A DNA stretch of 64,000 nt, taken from NCBI GenBank assembly GCA_032718475.1, contig JAUCBJ010006967.1, forward strand, positions 41,570 through 105,569. Reading direction: 5' to 3'. Under the pieces are notes generated by a model that saw nothing but the letters and a program-made list of their open reading frames with translations, ran no database searches and had not been told where the DNA came from. A program made the position numbers and the translations under genes. The stretch is from Nemertoderma westbladi (Eukaryota > Animalia > Xenacoelomorpha). Of the stretch, positions 23,236 to 35,063 are shown one piece after another. The first letter of the stretch is position 1. Every line of letters starts with the position of its first letter.

Positions 23236-26138
23236 TTATCTCCCAGCATGGCCTATAATAGTATGTGCAGTAAGGCCTACAGTATGTCCTGCAGTCTGCA
23301 TGTGCCCTTCCGAACCGAAGTTTATTCTTCGCAAATCTCGAATCTCCCCGCGACTACCGTACTCTCGATCGCCAGCTATATCCCGTCGGGAAGTTTCTCT
23401 TCGATCCCCTCTCCTGCTCTCTTCTTCGTACCGGTACGTCCTGTACCGCTCTCCTGGTGTGTGGTGCGTTTCTCCGGGGCGACGGCAATCTCCCGAAGTT
23501 CGACCCCACTGGTTCCCTAACTCCATCTCTACTAGCGACGGCTCGCTATCCGTCCTCGCTCTCCGGTTGCTCCTAGCAACGACTCTTCTTTTATCTTCCT
23601 TTCTTCTCTCTTCGACCTCTCAGTTAAACTCTACTAATCTTCTTCTATCTTCGACCTCTCTATTAAACTCTACTAATCTTCTCTCTTCTGACTGGGCTCG
23701 ACGTTCTGTCGCCCGCCCTCTCGCGACGTCAACCTGTCTCTCTCTGCTCGATCGCACGCCGCTGGGGATACTCGCAATCCCCCTATTACTCTCCATCGCC
23801 GGGTGTTGCGGTTTACCTAATTCGGCCCGCGCATTATCCGCCGACGCCTGTGGGACACTCTCTGCCCCCCCTCTCTCTCTACTAATCTCTCGCGGTGGGG
23901 CGCCCGTAGCCCCCCCCCCCACCCGCCACTTCTAACTTCACTATCTCTTACTACACTTCTGTGTCCCTCTTGTCGGACATTTTCTACCCCCCTTCTCTCG
24001 CCACTAATCTTCCGTGATGGGGCTCCTGTAGCCCCCCCCCCCCCACTCGCCACTTCTAACTTCACTACCTCTTACTATACTTCTACACCCCTCTTGTGGG
24101 GCATTCTCTGCCCCCCCTCTCTCGCCACTAATCTTATGTGGTGGGGCGCCCGTAGCCCCCCACCACTCGCCACATCTAACTTCACTATCTCTTACTTTAC
24201 TACTACACCCCTCTCTAGTCGACACACTGTCTCTACTACGGCTGGGTCCATTCACCCCCGCCTCTCTCTCTACTACTGCGTGGCCTACCAGGCCCACCTC
24301 GGGTTGGCTCAACCCCGCTACCTCCTGCCTACCAACTATGTGGCCTACCTGGCCGCCGTCGGGTTGGCTCAACCCCGCCACTTCCTGCCTACTAACTACG
24401 TGGCCTACCAGGCCGCCGTCTGCCAGGCTATACACGTCTGACACACTCATATTAATAGCACCATTCCCAATATTATTTGTTAAATCAATTAAATTATTAG
24501 AATTTGAAACCGGATTATTATTTAAATTATTTAAGTTAGAATTATTTGAATTATTCTGAATATTTGAATTAATGTTATTATTTGAATTTAAATTTAAATT
24601 ACTACTACCAGGTAAAATATTTCCTGTAATAAAGGGATTAGGGTTATTTACTACGGCACTATTGATATTAACGACGTCTACTGTAGCATTATTGTTATTA
24701 CCCCCCCCCCCCCCCCGCCCGTATGGTCACACCAGTTTTGGGTCTGTCGTGCGGTCCCTGTTAGTGGGGTATTAATAAACGTATCCACGGCCCTTGGCCC
24801 CTCGAAAGTATTCGAGCCAGCCTCGCTCCCAGACGCCCCTATCTGCGCCAGTTCCAGTTCGCGCGTGTGTCTAGCTTTGTACTCTATAAACCCAATTTGT
24901 TGTTTCAGCAATTCCTTTTGCTCTCGATCTGTTCTTGCCATTCTCTCCTCACACTCCCGCGCGTCCTGGTCGGCCAGCTCTGCCACTCTCCTAGCTCTCT
25001 CCCTTCGCCTCGCCTCACGCTCCTTGCGTTCCTTTTCCTCTCTCGCCTCACGCTCCTTACGTTCCGCCTCACGTTCTTTGCGTTCCTTTTCTTCTCTCGC
25101 CTCACGCTCCTTACGTTCCGCCACACGCCCCTCTTGTTCCTTCCTCTCTATTTCCTCACACTCCCCAAGGCTTCTCGCGGCCCTTTCGGCCCTCTCTCTT
25201 GTCTCTCTAATCAGCACCATTTCCCTTTCTAGCAGCACCCTCCCCTCCTCTAGCCGTCTATCTACTTCTCTATGGCCTTGTGCTATTAGATCGAGCTGGT
25301 ATGTAGCATTTATCTCTCTCACCCGTCTTTCTTTCACGGAGGATGTAGCAGACTTATCAGTTGTGACGGATTCCCTCCGCCTTCCTGATCTACTAACTTT
25401 CCCCCTCCTCCCGGAACTCCCTCCGACCGACGAGACCGAATCCTCGGGGTCAACCTCGGATTCGCCCTCCTCAGGTCTCTTCCAACCCACTAATTTTATA
25501 CCCTGGGCACCGACTAAGTATGGCCCTATGTATACTGCACCAGGGTTCATATCCCTCTGCCATAGGTCACACAGTTCCTTGGCTACCCTTCTCGCTCTCT
25601 CTTCGGCCATTTCTCTCCGTCCGAATCGCATTAAATAGTTAAAATGTCTATTCGACTCACCTAGTCCTTTCTTTAGTATTACCTTGTCTATCGTCGCCCC
25701 TCCTCTGGCCTCCTCTAATAGTCTCCGGGTCGCGATGTAAGCCCGTCGAAGTCTCTCAGAAACCCCGACGTCCTCGTCGCCGACCTCTCCTCTGTCTCTC
25801 CGGGTCCGACGTCGTACCGGCGGCCCCACTGTCGCCGTTCCGGTGGGCCGTCCGTCGCCCTCGGCCTGTGGCGGGCCGGCGACATCGGCACGTTGATCGT
25901 CGTCGCGTGTCGACTCGTCTCTTTCTCCTTCTAACTCGTTCTCTCGATCCTCCAGCTCGACTCCCCCTCCTCTCGACTCGACTTCTGACTCCAGACGGCC
26001 CCCCTCATCCTGAACTTCCGGGTCACACGTTACCGATGGCTCCGGCGTCGTGGGCCTATACCGTCTGGTCGCGGCCTCGCGGATCGTTTGTTCTTCGTCC
26101 GGGGTCCGCATCGGTGTTGTCTCGCCTGACCGACTCAT
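23236..26138 (-). pseudogene. BEL/Pao-like gag N-terminal region, frameshifted, no pol or LTR visible
   Basis: PEDSVSSVGGSS...ATSSVKERR followed by an E/R coiled coil, as in BEL/Pao gag N-termini. ORFs 24678-26138, 24004-24450, 23620-23922 and 23236-23526 chain across poly-C runs and one stop. Internal 60-bp and ~123-bp tandem repeats. Confidence 0.55.
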
Positions 26139-27210
26139 CTCCGTTAACTCTAGATTGGTGGCTGGTAATCGCTGGGTTTAGTTGACTAGGGGAACAGCTC
26201 GGATTTTAATTACTGTGACGGGATCCAGGAAGGATCCCGGTTTATCCGGTTGTTTAGTTCACGCGTCCCCACCGTGTGTGAAAGGTAAAAAGAGTTCGTG
26301 TCGTTCGTCGTATATAATAATCGGCTGTACGGGTATATAGATATAGGTATAGATATAAATGATAGATTGCTGTACACGGAAGGCGGGTTGACGGTAATTA
26401 AAGTCCCCGACACTTCCCTAACTAAACTTACTAACCTAGCTAGCAACAATATGATACTGAGATAACTGAATGACTGATTATTGGGTAACTGGTTATATTG
26501 CACGGGTGGCCTTATTGCTGTACTCATTCGGTGCCTTTCCCCCCTCTGATTGGTTCATACCCTTGTTGGCGCCCTTTGGAGTGTTTCCGTTCACTCCACC
26601 TGTTCTCTCTTGGTTAGGGGTTTGGCCCCTGACCCTCATTGTGTGTTTCTCCTTCCCATTTTGTTGGGGTGGCACGAGTGATTGATTACTCAATCTCGTG
26701 GCCCCCAATATTGCTTATCGGCTTAACTTTATGGGGTGTTAGCGGGATTGAATAAGCTAACAAAATCTACAAAAGTTATTGCCATTTTAATTTTAATTAA
26801 TTTATTGGCTTTTTATTTAAAATAGGTAAATTACACAAAAATACAAATATTTATCAAAATTTTATAAGATAACGTTTAAAGAACTGTCGAAACCACTTCC
26901 AATGAGACAAATTAGAGAAATTTGGTGGAAAAATAGCGGATGATTATTAATTTGAAAATGAAAAATGTTGTTCCGAGAAAATTGACTTTGCAAAATATCT
27001 GGCTGTGTGGTCTGATTGGTTAATAACTATTTCACGACCCATGGTGAGAATAATCATTATAATATACTTTCAGTTTGAGATAACAAAGTGCACGCACATA
27101 TAGTTTGTAAGTAAAGGGATGAACAGACCGACAGACGCGGTACCGCAGTTTAGTTCTGTTGATAAAACGGGATTGAAGTCGGTAATTTAAAGATTCCACC
27201 ACCAGGAGCC

Positions 27211-29895
27211 TTAATTTGTATCTTTGTGAACTGAGTGTTTGTGTGTCTTTAGATTCTCTTTTTGACTAAATTGTTTGTCACAAGAACCACAATTATACTT
27301 GACGCCTTTATGTACTGATTCTATGTGTTTCTTTAGAACTCGTTTGTCACTAAATTGTTTGTCACAAGAACTACAATTATACTTGATACCATTGTGAACT
27401 GATTGTATGTGTTTCTTTAGATAACTCTTTTTACTAAATTGTTTTTCACAATAAACGCATTTATACTTAATGCCTTTATGTACTGATTCCATGTGGGTCC
27501 TTAGATGTCCTTTTTGAGTAAATTGTTTGTCACAAGAACCGCAATTATACTTGATACCTTTATGAACTGATTCTATGTGTTTCTTCAGACTCTGTTTGTT
27601 ACTAAATTGTTTGTCACAAGAACAGCAATTATACTTGATACCTTTATGTACTGATTCCATGTGAGTCCTTAGATTTCCTTTTTGAATAAATTGTTTGTCA
27701 CAAGAACCACAATTATACTTGATGCCTTTATGAACTGATTCCATGTGTTTCTTTAGATATCCTTTGTCACTAAATTGTTTGTCACAAGAACTACAATTAT
27801 ACTTGATACCTTTATGTACTGATTCTATGTGTTTCTTTAGATATCCTTTGTAACTAAATTGTTTGTCACAAGAACTACAATTATACTTGATACCTTTATG
27901 TACTGATTCTATGTGTTTCTTTAGATATCCTTTGACGCTAAATTGTTTGTCACAAGAACCACAATTATACTTGATGCCTTTATGTACTGATTCTATGTGT
28001 ATCTTTAGAAATCTATTGCCATTGAATTGTTCGTCACAATAAACGCATTTAGACTTGATACCTTTATGTACTGATTCCATGTGGGTCCTTAGATGTCCTT
28101 TTTGAGTAAATTGTTTGTCACAAGAACCGCAATTATACTGGATACCTTTATGTACTGATTCTATGTGTTTCTTCAGACTCTGTTTGTCACTAAATTGTTT
28201 GTCACAAGAACCGCAATTATACTTGATACCTTTATGTACTGATTCTATGTGTTTCTTCAGACTCTGTTTGTCACTAAATTGTTTGTCACAAGAACCGCAA
28301 TTATACATGATACCTTTATGTACTGATTCTATGTGTTTCTTCAGACTCTGTTTGTCACTAAATTGTTTGTCACAAGAACAGCAATTATACTTGATACCCT
28401 TATGTACTGATTCTATGTGTTTCTTCAGACTCTGTTTCCCAATGAATTGTTTGTCACAAGAACCACAATTATACTTGATGCCTTTATGTACTGATTCCAT
28501 GTGTTTCTTCAGATATCCTTTGTCACTAAATTGTTTGTCACAAGAACCGCAATTATTCTTTATACATTTATGAATTGATTCTATGTGTCTCTTTAGAGTT
28601 CCTTTGCTAGTAAATTGTTTGTCACAAGAACCGCAATTATACTTGATACCTTTATGTACTGATTCCATGTGTTTCTTCAGACTCTGTTTGTCACTAAATT
28701 GTTTGTCACAAGAACCGCAATTATACTTGATACCTTTATGTACTGATTCCGTGTGTGTCGCCAGAGTTCCTTTGTGACGGAATTGTTTGTCACAATAAAC
28801 GCATTTATACTTGATGCCTTTGTGTACTGATTCCATGTGTTTCTTCAGATATGCTTTGTCACTAAATTGTTTGTTACAAGAACCACAATTATACTTGATG
28901 CCTTTATGTACTGATTCCATGTGTTTCTTAAGATTCTGCTTGTCACTAAATTGTTTTTCACATGACCCACAATTATACTTGATACCTTTATGTACTGATT
29001 CCATGTGTTTCTTTAGATTTCCTTTCCATGTGAACAATTTATCGCAATAAATGCATTTATACTTGATACATTTGTGAATTGATTCCACGTGTCTCTTTAT
29101 ACTTCGTTTGTTTCTAAATTGCTTGTCACATGACCCACAATTATACTTGATACCTATATGCAGTGATTGTTTACGATTCTTCAAATTTACGTTGCGATTA
29201 ATTCGCTTACACTTGAGAACGGATTTAGCAATAACTTCACAAGGAGATGGTTTCCCAATACAGAAATCGTGTCTTACAACTCGAGATTTATCTTCGGAAG
29301 TACCGCAAATAGATTCCGATTTAAAACTGATAACGTTTATACCGCTGCTTGTGAGGCCGATTTGATTATTAGAATATTGTTCATCTGTACAAAACTCTTG
29401 TTTGGTCTTTCGAGATTTATCTTCGGAAGTACCGCAAATAGCTCCCGCTTCTGATTTAAAACTGATAACGTTTATACCGCTGTTTGTGTTACCGATTTGA
29501 TTATTAGAATTTTGTTCATCCGTACAGAACTCTTGTTTGATCTTTCGAGATTTATCTTCGGAAGTACCGCAAATAGGTTCCGCTTCTGATTTAAAACTGA
29601 TAACGTTTATACCGCTGTTTGTGTTACCGATTTGATTATTAGAATTTTGTTCATCCGTACAGAACTCTTGTTTGATCTTTCGAGATTTATCTTCGGAAGT
29701 ACCGCAAATAGGTTCCGATTCTGATTTAAAACTGATAACGTTTATACCGCCGTTTGTGTTGCTGATTTCGTTATTAACAGTTGGTGGAGTGACGCATTTC
29801 TCTTGTTCCTCCTCACCGGACTGAGAATCACTTTCATCTGCCATGATACGATCCAGTAAGTCCCAAGCAGCATCACTCAAAGTATTCGAAGACAT
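27211..29895 (-). CDS. Single-ORF C2H2 zinc-finger protein, 23 tandem fingers plus N-terminal 43-45-aa repeats
   Basis: Uninterrupted 894-aa ORF. 23 x 28-aa units Y-x-C-x2-C-x3-F-x5-L-x2-H-x4-H-KGIK. Three full and one partial NTNSGINVISFKSE...IKQEFCTDEQ repeats. Confidence 0.93.
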   Translation of the reverse strand: MSSNTLSDAAWDLLDRIMADESDSQSGEEEQEKCVTPPTVNNEISNTNGGINVISFKSESEPICGTSEDKSRKIKQEFCTDEQNSNNQIGNTNSGINVISFKSEAEPICGTSEDKSRKIKQEFCTDEQNSNNQIGNTNSGINVISFKSEAGAICGTSEDKSRKTKQEFCTDEQYSNNQIGLTSSGINVISFKSESICGTSEDKSRVVRHDFCIGKPSPCEVIAKSVLKCKRINRNVNLKNRKQSLHIGIKYNCGSCDKQFRNKRSIKRHVESIHKCIKYKCIYCDKLFTWKGNLKKHMESVHKGIKYNCGSCEKQFSDKQNLKKHMESVHKGIKYNCGSCNKQFSDKAYLKKHMESVHKGIKYKCVYCDKQFRHKGTLATHTESVHKGIKYNCGSCDKQFSDKQSLKKHMESVHKGIKYNCGSCDKQFTSKGTLKRHIESIHKCIKNNCGSCDKQFSDKGYLKKHMESVHKGIKYNCGSCDKQFIGKQSLKKHIESVHKGIKYNCCSCDKQFSDKQSLKKHIESVHKGIMYNCGSCDKQFSDKQSLKKHIESVHKGIKYNCGSCDKQFSDKQSLKKHIESVHKGIQYNCGSCDKQFTQKGHLRTHMESVHKGIKSKCVYCDEQFNGNRFLKIHIESVHKGIKYNCGSCDKQFSVKGYLKKHIESVHKGIKYNCSSCDKQFSYKGYLKKHIESVHKGIKYNCSSCDKQFSDKGYLKKHMESVHKGIKYNCGSCDKQFIQKGNLRTHMESVHKGIKYNCCSCDKQFSNKQSLKKHIESVHKGIKYNCGSCDKQFTQKGHLRTHMESVHKGIKYKCVYCEKQFSKKSYLKKHIQSVHNGIKYNCSSCDKQFSDKRVLKKHIESVHKGVKYNCGSCDKQFSQKENLKTHKHSVHKDTN

Positions 29896-29974
29896 ATTTA
29901 ATATAATTCGGACTAACTGACGTATGAATGTGACAGTCTAAATATTACCAATATATTTCAATTTAATGACACAA

Positions 29975-30200
29975 ACCTCACCAGTTGTGGCCTTTAATAC
30001 TTTCTGGGTTTGGCTGACTGTAATACCGAATGCAGCACCTACAGTGCTTAGGGGAATGGAGCGCCTTATAAGTGAACGTAGGAATATAATTTGGTACCTA
30101 AATTAGATCCAAATACAATAGATGTAACAGATGCACCGGTAGCTACTAAGAACATTTGGGCCTCTATCCCTACCAACATCAATGGGTAACTCTGCGAGTT
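29975..30200 (-). pseudogene. Retropepsin-like (aspartic protease) remnant upstream of the zinc-finger ORF
   Basis: LVGIEAQMFLVATGASVTSI (DTG appears as ATG), continued in another frame by SIPLSTVGAAFGITVSQTQKVLKATTGE. Confidence 0.45.
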
Positions 30201-30884
30201 TGATTCGGGGAATACTGGAACTTTACAATGAAAGGTTTGCGGCCTCGTCACTGTAGAAAATCGTAACAGATGTTGTTTAACAATACCTCGCGAGATTAGT
30301 TGGCGCCAATTATCTATCATGGAACCAATTATCTATGTATTGTAGTTACGATGGTCCCCAACGGCCATCGTTTTAACAACGTAATATCCATCTATTGGAA
30401 GTATTTTCGGTGAATTTATGACGAATAAATTACCTTGTCGTCGACCCGCGGATGAGAATTACGTTTTTGACAATTCCGTTGTTGGATTTTATTTATTACG
30501 GGAGATCCGCACCGAACCCATAAGCCAAACAAGGGTCTACAATTCTTTTGTGACAGGCGAAAATGTCCCCCCACCCCCGCATATTTTGACCGGGGGGGGG
30601 GGGGGGGTGCAAAATCCAACATAATTGCATAACATTTTGACCCCCAAGGACCAAATCTGTTACCAGATATTGTCCTTTCGTACAGATTTTGTCCGCCTTG
30701 AATCTAATGGAAACTAATAACTAGATTGATGAATAATCAGTCTTCCTTCAAGAATTGTCTATGAGATTTAGAAGCTATATTAGAGAATCTATCATCGGCA
30801 TATAATGCTGACCGATTCAGTAGGTTAAACTATCAGTCTCGGGAGGATTTACAGCAGTTAATAAAAATGATAGGATTATATGTA

Positions 30885-31015
30885 TAAAAGGAAGGCGGGT
30901 TTTCTAACCAAAACAATAAACGATATTGTTACCTAAGGAGGGAAAGGAACATGTTGCAGTGGGGGACTTTTCTAACCAAAACAAAAAACGATATTGTTAC
31001 CAATTGAGGGAATGT
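30885..31015 (-). repeat. Two inverted units of the ~60-bp satellite found at 54750-55935
   Basis: TTTTCTAACCAAAACAATAAACGATATTGTTACC is the reverse complement of GGTAACAATATCGTTTATTGTTTTGGTTAGAAAA. Confidence 0.85.
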
Positions 31016-31378
31016 TTACTAAATCTTAAGAACCTATGTTCCTAAATATTAATGGTCAACTGATTCCTTCATCTCCATCAATAACGTTCCTGGGATTTTC
31101 AATCAGACAAATGGATACGTTCGTGGGGCCTTCGCGCAGCACGAGGCCCAGTTATGAGATACAAATTAAAACTGAGCGACTGTATCACAAAATCAGTATT
31201 TGAGAAATTTACCCACACCAACAATCAATTAAAGAAAGGGGGACAGTACGTGTTCAGCCCTTTTAATCTGCACCCCCCCCCCCCCCACCCTTCCCACCCA
31301 CCAATACATAACCGCGACATCTACTACCAACGGAAGGGTAGCACGAACTTATTTCCAATCGCACGTTCAATATGCAAA

Positions 31379-31640
31379 GCCAGGTGGTTTATAGGAATAT
31401 AATAAACACAGTACTCGTTTTCATTATAAGCCTCGTTGCGTTCGTCCTGTTTTGTATTTAAATATATTTCTTAAACGCAGGCTAGGACGATCTTGATAAC
31501 TACCGATGCGTTCAATAGGCGCAGCCAGGTATGGTTTATGGGAATAAAGTCTACGCAGTACTCGTCTTCATTATATGCCTCGTTGCGCTCGTCGCTCGTC
31601 CTGTGTTGTCATAAAATATTTTTCCTAAACGCAGACTGAC
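31379..31640 (+). repeat. Two-copy ~145-bp imperfect tandem duplication
   Basis: GCCAGGT...GGTTTAT.GGAATA...CAGTACTCGT.TTCATTAT.GCCTCGTTGCG...TAAACGCAG occurs twice. Confidence 0.75.
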
Positions 31641-32614
31641 GACCTTTATACAGTTATAACTATGCGAAGTTTCCAAACTGTGCGAGTAACTGCTGATACA
31701 TCTATGTGGAGATGTGTGATATGTGGAGATGTGTGATACAACACCAACGCATCGTATGCCGATGTAGTAATATGGGTATTGATTGAAATAATATTAAATC
31801 TATGTACACTCTTAAAGCTGCAGCGAAAAATTGTATCTAATTTCCTTGGATACATATAAAATAATAAAATTATTTTTAAGAACATTAATTTTAGTACTTT
31901 AAAAAAATTTAATTAAAAAATAACCAGACAAATACATTGTGGAATAAACTATTTCAGATATAAGCCTACACAACAGCCATGCCATGGATAGTATTTATGT
32001 TATTATATCTGTCATTTACCTGAGATAGCAATACAACATTTATAGTAGAGTCAATAGGAATTGGAATACAGGAAGGATGTTGGGATGTTGGATTTAAAGA
32101 ATGCTGTCTGGGCTGGAATAGCAATACTGGTTGCCTATTACTATTCCTCTCTGGTTAGTCTTAGCAACAACTTCCAGCCAGCTAGCTCCACACCAGCAGA
32201 GACTTGACCAATAATGGGAAGGATTAAATTTGTACTCAATAATTGTGCCGTTTAATTACGTTTAGATCAATTAAAGACACATTTATTAAAGCAAATCACT
32301 TGAACTAATTAAAAACTATAATAGAATGGGGTATGTGGATTACATCTGTATAATTTTTAAGTATAGTTATTTCAATCTTATACTGTAAAATAATTAATTT
32401 CCTTTAAAAGGCAGGTTGAAAATGGTGTTTTTACCGTAATCAACTTAATTAACTAATTAACTGCTATTATCTTAGCTTCTCGAAGGCCACACGGAAATTC
32501 TACTTGGAAAATTTCTAAACTTTTGCCAATCAACATGTGTACCAAGTTTGGATAGATTTCATCGAAGATTGGCCGAGTTATTAACGTTTAAAATTGAACA
32601 AGAACGACAGAACG

Positions 32615-32855
32615 ACAGGTTGATTAATGGTACCACTACGCTAAGGCTCACTCACTTCGTGGCTCGCCCCACAGGTTGATTAATGGTACCCCTACGCTAA
32701 GGCTCACTCACTTCGTGGCTCGCCCCACAGGTTGATTAATGGTACCACTACGCTAAGGCTCACTCACTTCGTGGCTCGCCCCATAGAACGACAGAACGAC
32801 AGGTTGAATAATGGTACCCCTACGCTAAGGCTCACTCACTTCGAGGCTCGCCCCA
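32615..32855 (+). repeat. Four copies of a 56-bp unit, probably an amplified end of a non-autonomous rolling-circle-type element
   Basis: ACAGGTTGATTAATGGTACC(A/C)CTACGCTAAGGCTCACTCACTTCGTGGCTCGCCCC at 32615, 32671, 32727 and 32799. The TE origin is inference. Confidence 0.85.
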
Positions 32856-33847
32856 CATAAGAAATCCAACTCAATAATTATACAAAATAATATTAGCAGC
32901 AACATCTCAAGCATTTCAAAGAAGCGGCTGGACCACTTGATGGTATAACGTGGATATAGTAGCAGTGGCATGGAAAGCAACAGCACTACCATCAATCTTA
33001 CACAAAGTAAAGTTCATGATTGGTAACCTCGGCCAAACTGATTTAAATACCATTGATGCATATTATATTATGCATATTATTATATTATTGACCATTGACC
33101 ATATTATAGAAAAATAGTAAGAGGATTATTAAATGTAGGATCATATCCTACTAATATAATAGCTCAAAAGTACTGCGACGACTACTACTACTCCAAAGTT
33201 GCTAAGTTGGTAATATCTCCCTGTTATTTCTAATTCACAATGCTAATCAAAGGTCAAGCACATTATTATGATTGTTGAGTTGGAAATCAATTGCTAATAC
33301 AGTAGTGTAACAAGAGTTGTTTCCATAATCGCCAGCTGTTAATAAACGGATTATTACCATTCATTGAAGGATAACAATGCCAATCAAAGGTCAACCACAA
33401 TTTCTCAAACCAACTGCTTATTAGTTTTGTTTCCAATCCCCAGTAAACGAATTGCATTGCATCAAGTATCATCAGTAAGAATATAGGTAGGTCACTGTAA
33501 ACAAAATTTGTACTGTATATTTGTCGCAACAGAACAAGTACGAAATTCTGTATAAATTATGATTTTTTGAGAAGCCGTTCTGAAATACAATTTATTTTTA
33601 CTTTATAATAAAACGGAAGCTGAAACCTTTAGCATTGGATTTATCTCCCGAACACGCAAATCTCCTTCACGGATAACAGGATTATGAACCGTGATCAAGG
33701 TAAGATATTGAATGTATATTAAATTTTTTGAATCGTTACACAGTAGGTCTTTTATTATTTTTATGTATCGTTATCCAGAGTACGGTATTACCATAGATAG
33801 ACAAAATAATTTTTTGTTCTTTTTCATGCTTGCTCCATCAGAGGCAT

Positions 33848-35063
33848 TGTTCGCGCTTTCAGACCTTTGGCAGTTTAACCCGCCAAATTAAGATGTCTTC
33901 TAGATATTAAATCGCTTTTTAGCCTATGACAAGTATTTGATTCACTACACTAGTCGAAACCAATCCGTGCGCGACCATTCACCCGCTGGATATTCCCGGG
34001 AGATTGGGTTCGACGGTTTAATTTTGTTGCTATGTAAGCCTAATGTATTATTCGACTGACAGTATTATATAATCTCTGACAATATTATTTACCTTCGGGA
34101 ATATTAACAGTTCCTTTAGGACGTGGCGTTTTATCTACATAAACAGAGTTATGACTTAAACTACTCACAACGATATGGCTTAATTATAATTCACATATAT
34201 GGCGCATTCTTTAGGAATGCTTCTTTAACAGACTCACTCATACACAATGCTGCACAATACTGCACACTAATCTGCCGATCTTCACTGATTTTAGTCACAT
34301 ATAAAAGGAACACAGACTGACTCATGTAGGGTCTATCAAATAACATTAGATTCACTTCAAACCACTTTAACATAAGTCACAATCGTTTATCTGTAACCTT
34401 TCTCTCTTACCTTCGGTATATCAAGAATATTGGGTTTCGGGGTTATTTCTCGTTATTCCAAATATAATAATTCATCAACCATATTATGAAGAACTGACAG
34501 TAAATAGCAGTATAACAATATAAAAGTATGCACAGTATTACACAGTATGCAGTGTATGCAGTACTGCAGTATGCAGTGATTACGAAATTGCAGAGTGTTT
34601 GTTTCGTCAGTTAAAGGATATATGTCCTTGTAATTAAACCTACTAGTGTTGAGCTAAAAAGCATAAAACATAAAACACTAAAAGCCGTTCTTTCGTGGCT
34701 TTGAAAAACTCGTGACTACTGCTCTATACGAGTATACCAACCACTCTTATTCCACGAAGCTCCCGTTCAACACAGAGAAAGAGCAGTGAGATAGGAAATT
34801 TTCAGTTCAGTACTCTGTGATTGGTCAAAATCAAGGCTAACTCAAAATTCTATTGGGAGATACAAAAACAAGGCTATGACGCAACCTCCCTAGGCTTGTT
34901 GGCCGATTAAACAGAGCCCAGATGCCTGCGCACAGCAAATCAGCCAATAAGCTGGTAACTTGCACTATTTTTAGCTGTAGATCACTTTGAGAGTATTCTT
35001 AGCGACTGGGGGGGAACTGGCCAACAAGGCAAACGAATCAGTTATCCCACAAAAGCTTTTACA
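33848..35063 (-). repeat. 3' LTR
   Basis: TGTTCGCGC...CTTTTACA. I saw only three differences from the other LTR (33848/44685, 34261/45098, 34931/45768). Confidence 0.95.

Larger units (their letters stand above)
26766..30479. repeat. Segmental duplication copy A (zinc-finger cassette)
   Basis: Near-identical to 60669-63955, from TCTACAAAAGTTATTGCC through TTTTGACAATTCCGT, including non-coding flanks. Confidence 0.93.

Noticed and set aside
28115-29454. Antisense ORFs over the zinc-finger array (also 61471-62175)
   Set aside because: Shadow frames of the repetitive sense gene.
32615-32855. CRISPR-like regular repeats
   Set aside because: Units are head-to-tail with no unique spacers, there are no cas genes, and the context is eukaryotic.
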